Under the pieces are notes generated by a model, which worked only from the letters and a program-made list of their open reading frames with translations, made no database searches and was not told the origin of the DNA. A stretch of 63,564 bases of DNA, filler included, from Octopus bimaculoides (taxonomy: Eukaryota), in NCBI RefSeq assembly GCF_001194135.2. It is 6 parts of 6 records of this genome, joined end to end, with 100 filler letters (N's around TTAATTAATTAA, not from the genome) between each part and the next. Parts side by side here need not be neighbours in the genome. Positions count along the whole stretch, not along the records: positions 1 to 27,027 come from NC_068990.1; 5 more parts are not named here. The stretch is one strand, 5' to 3'. The position numbers and the translations under genes were made by a program. Shown here in pieces: positions 1 to 10,279 of the stretch (positions are counted from its first letter, which is position 1; every line of letters begins with the position of its first letter).

Positions 1-28
1 TTTTTTTTTCTTATGGGCCGAAATAGCT

Positions 29-294
29 TGTGGTGTGATGGAGGAAAAAGACAAGAAGCAAAAGGACAGAATGAAACGTTGGACCTTACCTTGTCGACCG
101 CAGCGGAGTACACGATCGCTCCTGGTCAGAACACGTCTTTCTCGTAACCTCACCGTTTTCTGACTGACTCCACGTGCTAGCCTTCGACCGCGTGTCGCCG
201 ACTTCCGATCTGACCTTTCCGGTCTGGCTTCACCTCTGTTTGCCTCACCCCTCTCCACCACAACACACAGCTCATCACAGCCCATAACACCACA
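29..294 (-). mobile_element. Solo LTR-like copy (LTR family A, Gypsy)
   Basis: Bounded by TGTGGTG...CACCACA. Shares blocks (gtgatggaggaaaaagacaa; ctctccaccaaca...ctcatcacagcccataacaccaca) with the 3' LTR at 10280-10567. No clear TSD. Confidence 0.7.
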
Positions 295-679
295 GCCGTG
301 ACACTGAAATCGATATGCACCCATGAGTCATGTTATTCATGAGGCTGAAATTGTAACAAACGTTGAAAATTCACTACAACAAAAAGCAGTCTCATGCATA
401 CACTCATACCTCTTCTTTCACTCATACCTACTTGCTTCAAATGCTCTGACGTATTTTGTCCAATTACGACACTTTGTGATCAGGTTTACGACAGGCCAGT
501 CATTTCGAGGAGTATTTGATCTTCTTGGCAACACGACTTCTACTTTCAGCTTTTATTACACAAGGCGAATCTTTCACATTTTCCACAGACAATTAGTGCT
601 TACGATATCTTTAATCATTTTCCTGTAAACGCCTTTTACTTGCGCCATACGTTTGTGGTTACTCAATTTGCCATTTTGA

Positions 680-3245
680 GTACAAACACAGCTATTTTGA
701 CACTGCATTTTTCAAACTATGTCAGGACGATCCTTCCGCTCAAATGCTGTTCTACCCTCAAATGCCCTCCTACTACACATGGTCCAGGAAAAAATGGGTT
801 CGCAGAAAGGCAAACCTGTTGATGGGCATCCTGGAATTCAGTTTGACAGTTGCCTTGGACGAGTTTATACAGTACACCCGAATTACCATGAATGCTATTA
901 CTTCCGTTTGCTGCTTCACAAAGAAACGGGACTGCTGTCATTCGAAGATCTTCGAACAGTCAATGGTCATGTGTGCAGCACGTACAGGGAGGCATGCTTC
1001 AAACATGGCCTGCTTGAAAATGGCTCGCAGTGGATTTGCACATTATCAGAAGCTTCTCTTTTGCAATTCCCTAGCCGTCTATGTACGCTGTTTGCAGTGT
1101 TACTACAAATGTGCGAGGTGGATGATCCAAACTCATTGTGGCAGAAGTTCCGAAATGATCTCTCAGAAGACTACAGACATCAGGCAATATTGCAGTATCC
1201 TGAACTGGATGGCACCAGTGATGAAATTTATAATAGAGCACTGATTGACCTTGAGGACAGGGTTATTTCCCTTGGTGGTACTGATTTGCCGACATATGGT
1301 TTACCAGCTTCACTCCAGTCAGTATATAACACACTTTCTTCTGAGTCATGCGAAAAACGTCTTACGACAAAGCGTCTCTTGCCCAATTCGTAATTGAGGT
1401 GGAACCACAACTGCTTCCAAACCAACGCCATGTCTACAACTGTATTGCTACCAGCGTGCATCGCCGATCTGGTGGCATTTTCTTCTTGGATGCACCAAGT
1501 AGCACCGGAAAAACCTTTTTAATCAAATTAATTCTCGCAAATGCACGGCAAAATGGAGACATAGAGTAAACTGCAACCTCTTCTGGGATTGCTGCCACTT
1601 TGTTGCCAGGTGGGAGAACAGCACATTCCACCTTCAAACTTCTATTGAATTTAGCGGCTCCAGAAGCCCACTCCTGCAACGTCAGCAAAAGTTCTGACCA
1701 AGGGCAAGTACTCCGACGGTGCATTCTTATTGTATAGGATGAGTGCGCAATGGCTCACAGAGGCATTAGATAGAGCTCTGAGGGATATACGAGACAGTCA
1801 GGCTCCAATGGGCGGTGCAACGCTTCTACTGTCATCTGCCCTCATTCCTAAAGGTACGAGGGCAGATGAAGTACAAGCATGCCTTAAGTCCTCACGGTTG
1901 TGGCGTCATGTTATGACACACTATCCACAAATATTGGAGCCCGACTTTATGGTGATCGAAATTCTTCCCAGTTTGCTAAAGATATTTTGAAACTTGGTGA
2001 CGGTAAGGTGCCTTTGGACACGGCAAGTGAACTAGACATCTCGTCACTTTGTACTATTGTACTGTAGTAACGCCGTGCGCATGCGTAGTCTCACGCATGC
2101 GTGGAATTAAACAAGCAAGCTTTCCCGCTTAATTCTCCCTCTTTCTCGGTCGGCCGGCCATGAGCATGGACGTGTCAAGCAGTGTCTCCAACACTCCAAC
2201 TCTGGAGACAGTCTCTTTACGTGTTTAGCTGTCTCTCTTCATCTTTCGAACTTACGCTCGACAACTCGCTTACATCTACATAACAACGTCCCAACAACTA
2301 TGCTCACACACACAGAAGCTGTAACAACAAGAGCTAAAGATGTATATATTTACCACCTGAATAAATGTTGTTTAAGTTGATAGTCTGGAGTTCAGCGTTC
2401 TGTTATATTCTTAATTTTATATAGGAAAGTCAGGTATACATCTAATGATGTATAACCAACTTTCCTATAGTACCTTACATCAACGAACTAAAGGACAAGG
2501 TGTTCCCGAATTTGCAGGACAACTACTGCAATCTTAACTGGTTGTGTGAAAGAGCAATACTTGCTCCTAAGAACACCACCGGAAGCAAGCTGAATGGTCA
2601 ACTCCTCCATTCTCTACCCAGAAATCATCGAACATTTAAGTCAATTGATACCATGATAGACAACAATGAGGCAGTTAATTATCTTACCGAATTTCTTAAC
2701 TTATTGGATCCTTCATGCCTTCCTCCACATACATTGCAGATGAAGGAAAGGATTCCAATAATGCTGCTTCGGAATTTGGAGCCACCAAAACTATGCAACG
2801 GAACATGACTGGTTGTTAAAAAAGTTCTTAACCACGTAATACCATAATTTCCGGGAATGGAAAAAGAGACGTTTTCATATCACGAGTTCCTCTCATTCCA
2901 TCAGGAGTGACTATTCCTTTCTCCTTACCGAGGCTTCAATTTCCCATTCGTGCCAGCTTTGCTATGTCAATAAACAAGTCACAAGGTCAGGCACTATCTG
3001 TTGCTGGTCTTCTTTTGGACGAGTCATGTTTTTCACATGGACAACTATACGTTGGCTGTTCGAGAGTGGGATGCAAGTCGAATCTCTTTGCATTTGCCCG
3101 AAATGGGAGAACAAGGAATATCATGTACAAGGAGGTGCTACAGCCAAATCAAAGTGGAGAAATGTACGTTTCTACGGTTTTTTGCTTAAGAGTATTCTCA
3201 TTTCATATCCACAACCAAGACAACCTTTTTCATTTTGTTTGCCGT
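680..3245 (+). pseudogene. Decayed Helitron Rep/helicase ORF (PIF1-like helicase C-terminal half)
   Basis: Frameshifted fragments: LGRVYTVHPNYHECYYFRLLLH, Walker A LDAPSSTGKT, SGIAATLLPGGRTAHSTFKL, IPKGTRADEVQACLKSS, ILAPKN, IMLLRNLEPPKLCNGT, QFPIRASFAMSINKSQGQ, FSHGQLYVGCSRV. Confidence 0.93.
2063..2469 (+). mobile_element. Solo LTR (family B) inserted in the Helitron ORF
   Basis: Ends TGTAG...CTATA with a 4-bp TSD GTAC (2059-2062, 2470-2473). Removing it rejoins the helicase frame SSLCTIVPYINELKDKVFPN. Homologous copies at 13170-13464 and 58539-58584. Confidence 0.88.
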
Positions 3246-3657
3246 TAAATGCGCAAGCCATCTTAGAGAACAGAGCTTCATAACTCATCTGAATTAGCTG
3301 GCAGAATCATAGACATTTCTTTTTTTTTTTTAATTCTTCCAATACAGAAACTCATCCTACTGATTTCATATCTTCTATCTCTTCTGAACTAGCAACGATC
3401 CGTTAGACAACGGAATACAAAATTCAGGCTGTGACAGATAAACTTGAAGAACTGCGGTTACCTGATTATTCTGCTCGCTCAAATTCTTGCTTCTGCAGAC
3501 CCTCACAAAGTCGCTCGTTCAGACCTCGTAAAAAGCTATATTATGATAAATACGGAATCCGGACGCTGAAAGAAAAAGTAGCTATGATTATACTGTAAAT
3601 ATTTTAATTTTTTAAATATATTTAGTGTGTGTGTGTGTGTGTGTGTGTGTTTATATG

Positions 3658-5070
3658 GACCATAAGCCTAATTTCCTCTCCAATCCCAAATGCAGGCTGA
3701 TCAATCCATCTAATAGTGAGATATGTATCATTAGCAACATATTCTCGATACAATCAACTTCGGCATCAGAAGGACTACAGGGTTGACTCAATGGAACTCC
3801 AGCACAGCTGTGATCGACTGGTTCCGCGTATCGGGAATAAATCAGCCTGCAAATTCACCCAATTGGACATTGTTGACTTCTACCCTTCCATATTTAAGCC
3901 CGTCCCCCTCGAAGGCCCTAACTTTTGCCGAACAATTTACCAGCATAAGTGACCTTGACATGAGAATCATCATGAATGCCAGAAAGTCCACGACGATTCC
4001 TTTTGGGTAGAGAAAGGTGATCTACTACTCGATGTCTCTATGGGGAGCTTTGATGGGGCTGAAATCGCCGACCTCATCGAGTTATACATTTTGGATACCC
4101 ACAAGGGAATACCCATCCACATAGGTCGGCCCTCTACAAGGATGACGGCTTGGCTATCTCATGCCAGCTGAACGGCCACGCCATGGATAGGTTCAAGAAT
4201 GACTTGTTAAAAATATTCAAAGAGCTCGGCTTGTCCATAACAGTTACCACCAACCTGTCTACGGTCGATTTCTTGAACGTAATCTGAGACCTGAACACAG
4301 GCAAGTGCTTCCCGCACAGGAAGCCTGTGGAAACGGTATACATCCACAAGAACTCAAACCACCCCACCCCCGCTGTAACTAGAAACCTGTTTTTAGACAT
4401 TAACAAACAGGTATCTACATTCTCAGTCAACAGGGAGATTTTTAATAGGGCCGCCCCCACTATAACAATGCTTTGACTAGGAGCAGGCTTTCTGACAAGC
4501 TCACGTATGTGGACGACCCCAAACCCCCTCACCTCACCCCAAGAGAATTAGGATTAGGAAAAGTAAAATTACCTGGTTTAACCCCCACTCCCATTTAACC
4601 AAGAAGTTTCTGCCAACGTAGCTTCCTGTCGTTAATTAAGAAACATTTCCTCAAAGGCCATATGTATTACAAACTCTTCAACTCCCATAATGTCAAGGTG
4701 AACCACTCCAGCTTAGATAACATCGCATCTAACATCAACAGACACCCATACAACCCCCAACCCCAACTTGCAGCTTTCGAAACCCCACCACCTTCCCCCT
4801 AGAAGGATCCTGCCTAATGCTATAGTATAGAGCCACCCTTACACCATCTGATGGCATCACTAGGCACTATACGGGTATGACAGACTTCAAGGGAAGGTAC
4901 TCCTAGCATATGCATTCACTCAGATCCAGGGATAGAGAGAAGTCTACTTCCTGGTCGCGCTTTCTCTGGAGACTTCATGACCTCCGAGACGAAACACCCA
5001 GCATCAAGTAGACTATCGTCGACATGGCGCCACCATATTCACCTGACACCCTCAATTTCCAGCTCTGCTT
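3658..5070 (+). mobile_element. Penelope-like element, Naiad-type RT + GIY-YIG, 5'-truncated and decayed
   Basis: DHKPNFLSNPKCRLINPS, DIVDFYPSI, MNARKS, MGSFDGAEIADL, LYKDDGL, WFNP, Cys linker (TCS..NP...PLEGSCL), then IV.RATL...YTGMT..FKGR. Confidence 0.85.
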
Positions 5071-5770
5071 CCACCAACCCGCAGTATCAACAAGAAATAC
5101 GATCTATCCTATTGCTGTCACCGGAGGTATGCTTTTCTAGTAAATTTCAAGCCACTGGCCACCGACAACCCGGATGTACCAAATTAGTGCCAGGTGTCCC
5201 CCTGCACCGCTTGCACCAAGATCACCGGCACCACTTAACCCCTCCCCCCATGTGCAGGACCACCAATCACCAATCACCAACGTTTGTTCATGCCTGTCCA
5301 CTCGCATAGTCTCACCTCAACTTTCTGTCATGGACATTGCGACGTTCACACGTTACACACCTTCCTTCCAAGCACTGCTGTAAGTAGCAGAAGTAAGCTA
5401 GAGCGTTAAAACTTAGTGTGCATGCACAGCAGAGTTCAAGGTTAATCTATGTCAAGTGGCTTTACTTTGCGTGCTTTAGCTTCATTACTATGGCAACAGT
5501 CCGGATACTTATTTATCAGACTGCGTATATGCTCGCACATCTACATATCATACCATCCTTTTCTACTCCCCCTACCAACCAACCACACGACCGATTTCCT
5601 GTCCGCCACGCGGTCGATTTCTTGTTCACGAAGCGGTATTTTCCATGTGATTATCGTCGCTGAAATACCAACATCAGGCTATGACACCGCGTGACTTTTC
5701 TCGACCAATTGCAGGTCACCGTCCGGTAATAACCACTGACTTTCTCCAACTGAGCTCCCATTCAAATTTC

Positions 5771-5817
5771 CAACGGCTGAAGATTACCATCACGCTTTGA
5801 AACTCGGAGTACCAAGG
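5771..5817 (+). ncRNA. Degenerate minimal hammerhead-like motif downstream of the PLE
   Basis: CTGAAGA (5777-5783) ... GAAA-CTCGGAG-TA (5799-5811). Stems I and II pair poorly. Confidence 0.4.
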
Positions 5818-5840
5818 AGTTTGAATCACACTGTTTTGAT

Positions 5841-5871
<31 letters not shown>

Positions 5872-6399
5872 NNNNNNNNNNAAGCAAATAAAACCTCTTG
5901 GGTTAGACATACAAAATATTCATACATATGCATATAAAGAGAAAACAAAGACTGAATTTTTTTTTTTTCATTTTTTGGGACAGATGTTCAATGAATGTTT
6001 TCCAAAGCTGTGGATGCTTTTCCCACAAAACCTGTTACAAACTGTCTTTGTAACAGTACTACCCATGTGTGAATTTGAACGAAATTGGACATCTACATGT
6101 TAAAAGGTCTTAAATGTGTAATGTAAGTAAATTGATAAAGTCGGTTTAGTCCCCTGTGTGCGTGTATGTATCTATATGTGTGTGTGCGTGTGCGCGCGCG
6201 CGTGTGTGTGTGTGAACGTGCATGCATGCAAAATGTGTCCTACAATGACAACAACTAGAGCAAGCAAATTTCAAATTTATTCAGAGGCCCTGAACAAATT
6301 AGCATAGCATAGCATATTTGTGTTCATTACGACTCTTGCTTAAGACGCAATATTTGTTTCCATTTGCTTTTTGTTTTGTGCGAAATATAAGAAATTGTA

Positions 6400-8130
6400 A
6401 AATTCAGTTTGGGGAGGAATTATGTCATCGCAAATACACTGATGAAATCAGTCTTTATTAAAATCTTCCTTTTCTTTTAATTCATTTAATTTTTATGTCG
6501 TATAGAAAAAAAGTTTGTACAGGGTGGCACACTTGAGCACTTCTTTTTTGTTTCCATTTGCTTTTTGTCTTGTGCGGATTTCTTACTCTAAGAGAAAAGG
6601 TGGAGAGCAAACCAGATAACTTCCCGTATTCTCGAACGTGAACTCTTAGTTTTACTTATCTCCTCACGACTACTATTTCGCTTCCAGTATTTATTCCTAA
6701 AATCTCTATATAAGTATCTAACGAATGGCCTACATTTGTTGCAATCAATTAATTCATTGCGTTTCTCAAGACTTTCTATGGTCAAGTGCTAGACCAGCCA
6801 GCTTGTTCTTAAGTCTCGTGTTAGGTATATATGATATTTTAGTTTTGAAGCTGCTTAACTTCGTTATATACTGCTGCATGTTGATCAAAAATCTCCTCGT
6901 TTGCGGACAAATTGGAGATTCTGATCGAAATGGCAGTAATGATGCCATCAATAGTAGATTCCAGACGATTTGAAGAGACATTGATATATGAAATGGATTT
7001 ATTTGGCTTACGAAATGGGTAGTATGAACCAGTATCCAAATTCAAAGTCATCCAAGAAATTCACCCCTCTGGAGTTAACATCAAAAATAATGTTAAGATT
7101 AAAGAAATCTTTTAAGAAACTTCTCAAAGCGTTCTTCAATCTATTCAACGCAGTTTTAGACTGGCCACATGCAATTAGAAGTGCATCGTCCCTATATAAT
7201 TCCCTGGTAAGGAGAGGAAAACTATCCTTAATCTGCGAAAGGAGATATAGGCCCACTAAATCGGTCACCTGTGCTGAATCTGAGGACCCCATAGTATCAA
7301 AGAAATTGGTGGAATCAGCCCTCCTCCAATTACGCTCGTTGAAGGAAATGAGGGTCTCCCTTGCCGCTAAAATGACATCAATATCCGAACTACGGATATT
7401 CGCAAATTTCTGAGCGAAAATCAAAGTATTATTTAGCAAGATAGGGAATGTGGAGTTGTAATAATTCGAAATATCGAATTGGATAAAGTATAAATTAGAC
7501 TTATCAGTAAGAGAGTCAAACCATAAGATAACATCCCCGGAAAAGCTCCATAGGGGAAACTGAACCTAATGATGGAAATAATCCGATCAATAATATACTT
7601 ATTGATTTTGACCAAATCGGACTTGGTTGAGCAGATTAATCTAACCGAAGGCCTTAATAAAAAAAAACCCAGGCTTATGGTCCTTCAAAAAACAATGGGG
7701 AGTTTTGGGAGCAAAAGGTTGGGTTCTACCGAGCAAGCCCAAACTAGAGCTGATATCCAGATGAGTATTATTAATATCATCCAAAGCATTCTTGTTTGCA
7801 CACTTATATCCAGAATTAAGCTCTTTCAAGATTAAGTCATTATAAAGGCTCGGCGGTACAGAATAAATATTCCCGGTCTTATCAGATAGGATGTGCAAAT
7901 CTGGAGATGATTGCCTTGAAGAGATTTCCTCCGACAGGATTTTCTGAAAGGGATTTGTGTATCTGGAAAACTTTTAACCGTTTGGTCATGTTCATAAGAT
8001 CTTCTTTAAAGTTCGCGAGAGCCGAGTTAAATGGTAGATTTCTGTATGTTTTAAGGTTATAATTGTTTTTCCCATCTGGAAATTCCGTTCTATTCCTATT
8101 ATCATTGTCCTTCCTGTTATTTTTCAAATC
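6400..8130 (-). mobile_element. Penelope-like element, Naiad-type RT, decayed
   Basis: NYNLKT...LANFKEDL, ILSDKTGNIY, LKDHKP, ARETLISFN...FFDTMGSSDSAQVTDLVGLYLL, LYRDDAL, VNFLD, PFRKPN...YINVSSN, REVIWF. Confidence 0.85.
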
Positions 8131-8187
8131 AAAGAAATATATACATATATATATTCAAGGTGAATATGGTACTTAAGTTTAGGCACC

Positions 8188-8245
8188 ATATAGAAATTTA
8201 CTGAAATTTCATTTCAATAAATGAAATTTCAGTAAATTTCTATAT
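8188..8245. repeat. Perfect 27-bp inverted repeat with 4-nt loop
   Basis: ATATAGAAATTTACTGAAATTTCATTT-caat-AAATGAAATTTCAGTAAATTTCTATAT. Confidence 0.95.
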
Positions 8246-8250
8246 CTTTG

Positions 8251-8321
8251 TGCAGCTGAGGATTGCTCTGCATTTTACATTTACTTAAATAAATGGAGTC
8301 GCATGAAACGATCGTACTGCA
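8251..8321 (+). ncRNA. Type I hammerhead ribozyme motif with palindromic stem III
   Basis: TGCAG-CTGAGGA-(42 nt)-GAAA-CGATCG-TA-CTGCA. 5-bp stem I, GUA cleavage triplet. Confidence 0.8.
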
Positions 8322-8621
8322 TTAACTTTGGATATCCTTGTTGCTTATTTTTGATTTTATATATATNNNNNNNNNNNNNNNNNNNNNNNNNNNNNNNNNN
8401 NNNNNNNNNNNNNNNNNNNNNNNNNNNNNNNNNNNNNNNNNNNNNNNNNNNNNNNNNNNNNNNNNNNNNNNNNNNNNNNNNNNNNNNNNNNNNNNNNNNN
8501 NNNNNNNNNNNNNNNNNNNNNNNNNNNNNTTGTTTCGAATTTGTGTGAATATGTATAGAATAATATACTAGTTGAATAAAGTTAAAACATGGTCTGTTTT
8601 TCATGTTTTAATTAAACACGT

Positions 8622-8664
8622 TTGAAATCTGATGAGTACACTATGTATGAAAGCGCTAATTTTG
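8622..8664 (+). ncRNA. Minimal type I hammerhead ribozyme motif
   Basis: TTGAAAT-CTGATGA-GTACA-cta-TGTAT-GAAA-GCGC-TA-ATTTTG. Stem II 5 bp including a G-U pair, palindromic stem III, CUA triplet. Confidence 0.75.
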
Positions 8665-8799
8665 TTAAAATGCCATAATTAAAAAAAACGTGAAAACCCG
8701 ACTGTTTTAACTTTATTCAAGTGATATATATATATACAGTATGTGTGTGTGCGTGCGTGTGTGTGTATGTGTGTGTGTGTTCTTTTTTTTTTATATGTT

Positions 8800-9150
8800 T
8801 CAGCCTTGAGGTTGTGGCCATGCTGTGTAATCACCGCCAATGTAATCACCTTTTAATTGGCCAATTCTATGAGTTTGGCTTTTGGTGAAGGAGAGAGCTC
8901 GATACCGCTGCTCTCTTTGAGTTTCCTGCCTTGATATTCGTTCATCTGGGATCTTCGATAGCAAGAGGTCAATTTGTTTCTTGAAAGCATCTACCCCCAC
9001 TCCATGGAGACCCCTCAGATGTTTTGACAAGGAGTTAAATAGCTGTGGGCCCTTGAAGCCCAAGCTATTGCAGTACGTGGTCCTCACCTTAGATGAGACA
9101 GCTGGGACTTTTGGAACAAAATTGATAAACTAAAAGAGTCGCTCGAAACG
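8800..9150 (-). mobile_element. 3' end of a CR1/L2-group LINE
   Basis: NSLGFKGPQLFNSLSKHLR..GVGVDAFKKQIDLLLSKIPD resembles the post-RT C-terminus of these LINEs. Confidence 0.6.
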
Positions 9151-9192
9151 GCCGTAATGGAGTGACACTTACACGTCTTTGTTACTCATTTA

Positions 9193-9223
<31 letters not shown>

Positions 9224-9224
9224 G

Positions 9225-9499
9225 TTTCGTAGGCGAAAACTGAAAGAAGCCCGTTGTATATATATGTATATATTTGTGTGTGTGTGTGTGTGTTTGTCCC
9301 CCCACCATCGCTTGACAACCGATGTAGGTGTGTTTACATCCCCGTAACCTAGCGGTTCGGCAAAAGAGACCGGTATTATAAGTACTTGGCTTACAAAGAA
9401 CAAGTCCTGGGGGTCGATTTCTTCGTCTAAAACCCTTTAAGGCGTTGCTCCAGCATGGCTGCAGTCAAATGACTGAAACAAGTAAAAGAATAAAAGAAT
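9225..9499 (+). mobile_element. SINE 3' portion (cephalopod tRNA-derived SINE family)
   Basis: aaactgaaagaagcccg...ccccgtaacctagcggttcggcaaaagagac...gctccagcatggctgcagtcaaatgactgaaacaagtaaaagaataaaagaata. Blocks recur at 31618-32013, 49372-49752 and 61994-62382. Confidence 0.8.
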
Positions 9500-10279
9500 A
9501 CATACATACATACATACATACATACGTACATACATACATCTATGTATTTGTATGTACATAGGCGAACATGAAAGTTAGATAGTCTGCCTACCCACAAGTT
9601 AACGAGGCGAACAGATGGTTGTGAATATGGTCTTTAACCGCTAAGGAATGCACCGCTCAAAATACGTTGTGAATTAGTTACATTTGAGTAAGAGGTAGAC
9701 GAAGAAGAAAGTTATGAGCTGAAAGATCCCGCGTCCAGACAACAGTTTTAAAAGAATCGTAAGCGATGTGAATGTTTTTACGGAGGAAGTGATAGTTGGG
9801 GATGCCTTTATAGATGCCCACACGCACGCGCGCGCGCGCACGATCTCTTATGCACATATGCATGCTCATGCATACGTAAAGCAGAAGACAACTGCGAGTA
9901 TCTTCGAGATAACCTGCAATGAGCTATAAGCCCAGATATGTGAATTGAAATAGGTTCGAACCAAACGGAGAGTAACTTCATAAATAGTACGATAAAAATA
10001 TATAAAGTAAGAGGCAGGCATAAAAAGAATAGACGATGGGAAGCAAAGAACATTATCTGGTAGTTATAAGAGAAGCTAGACAGACGTGAGGGGAAGTAGG
10101 AATTCAGAAGGGAAGTAGAAAGTCAGAGGCGTGATGCATTACTGATAGCAAAGTTGTGTGTTTATATAAAACAAGACGTTGTTGATATGAAGTATATACG
10201 TATTTATTGCAGCGCCCTCACCTCTACAGATATCGAGGAATTGGAATGAAACTTTTATTACGTGAAGGTATTAAATAGA

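Noticed and set aside
3400-3570. SR-rich gag-like relic
   Set aside because: Too short and degenerate to support.
4740-4830. Selenocysteine (TGA) codons in the Naiad Cys linker
   Set aside because: The readable Cys positions are TGC or decayed; stops elsewhere fit ordinary decay.
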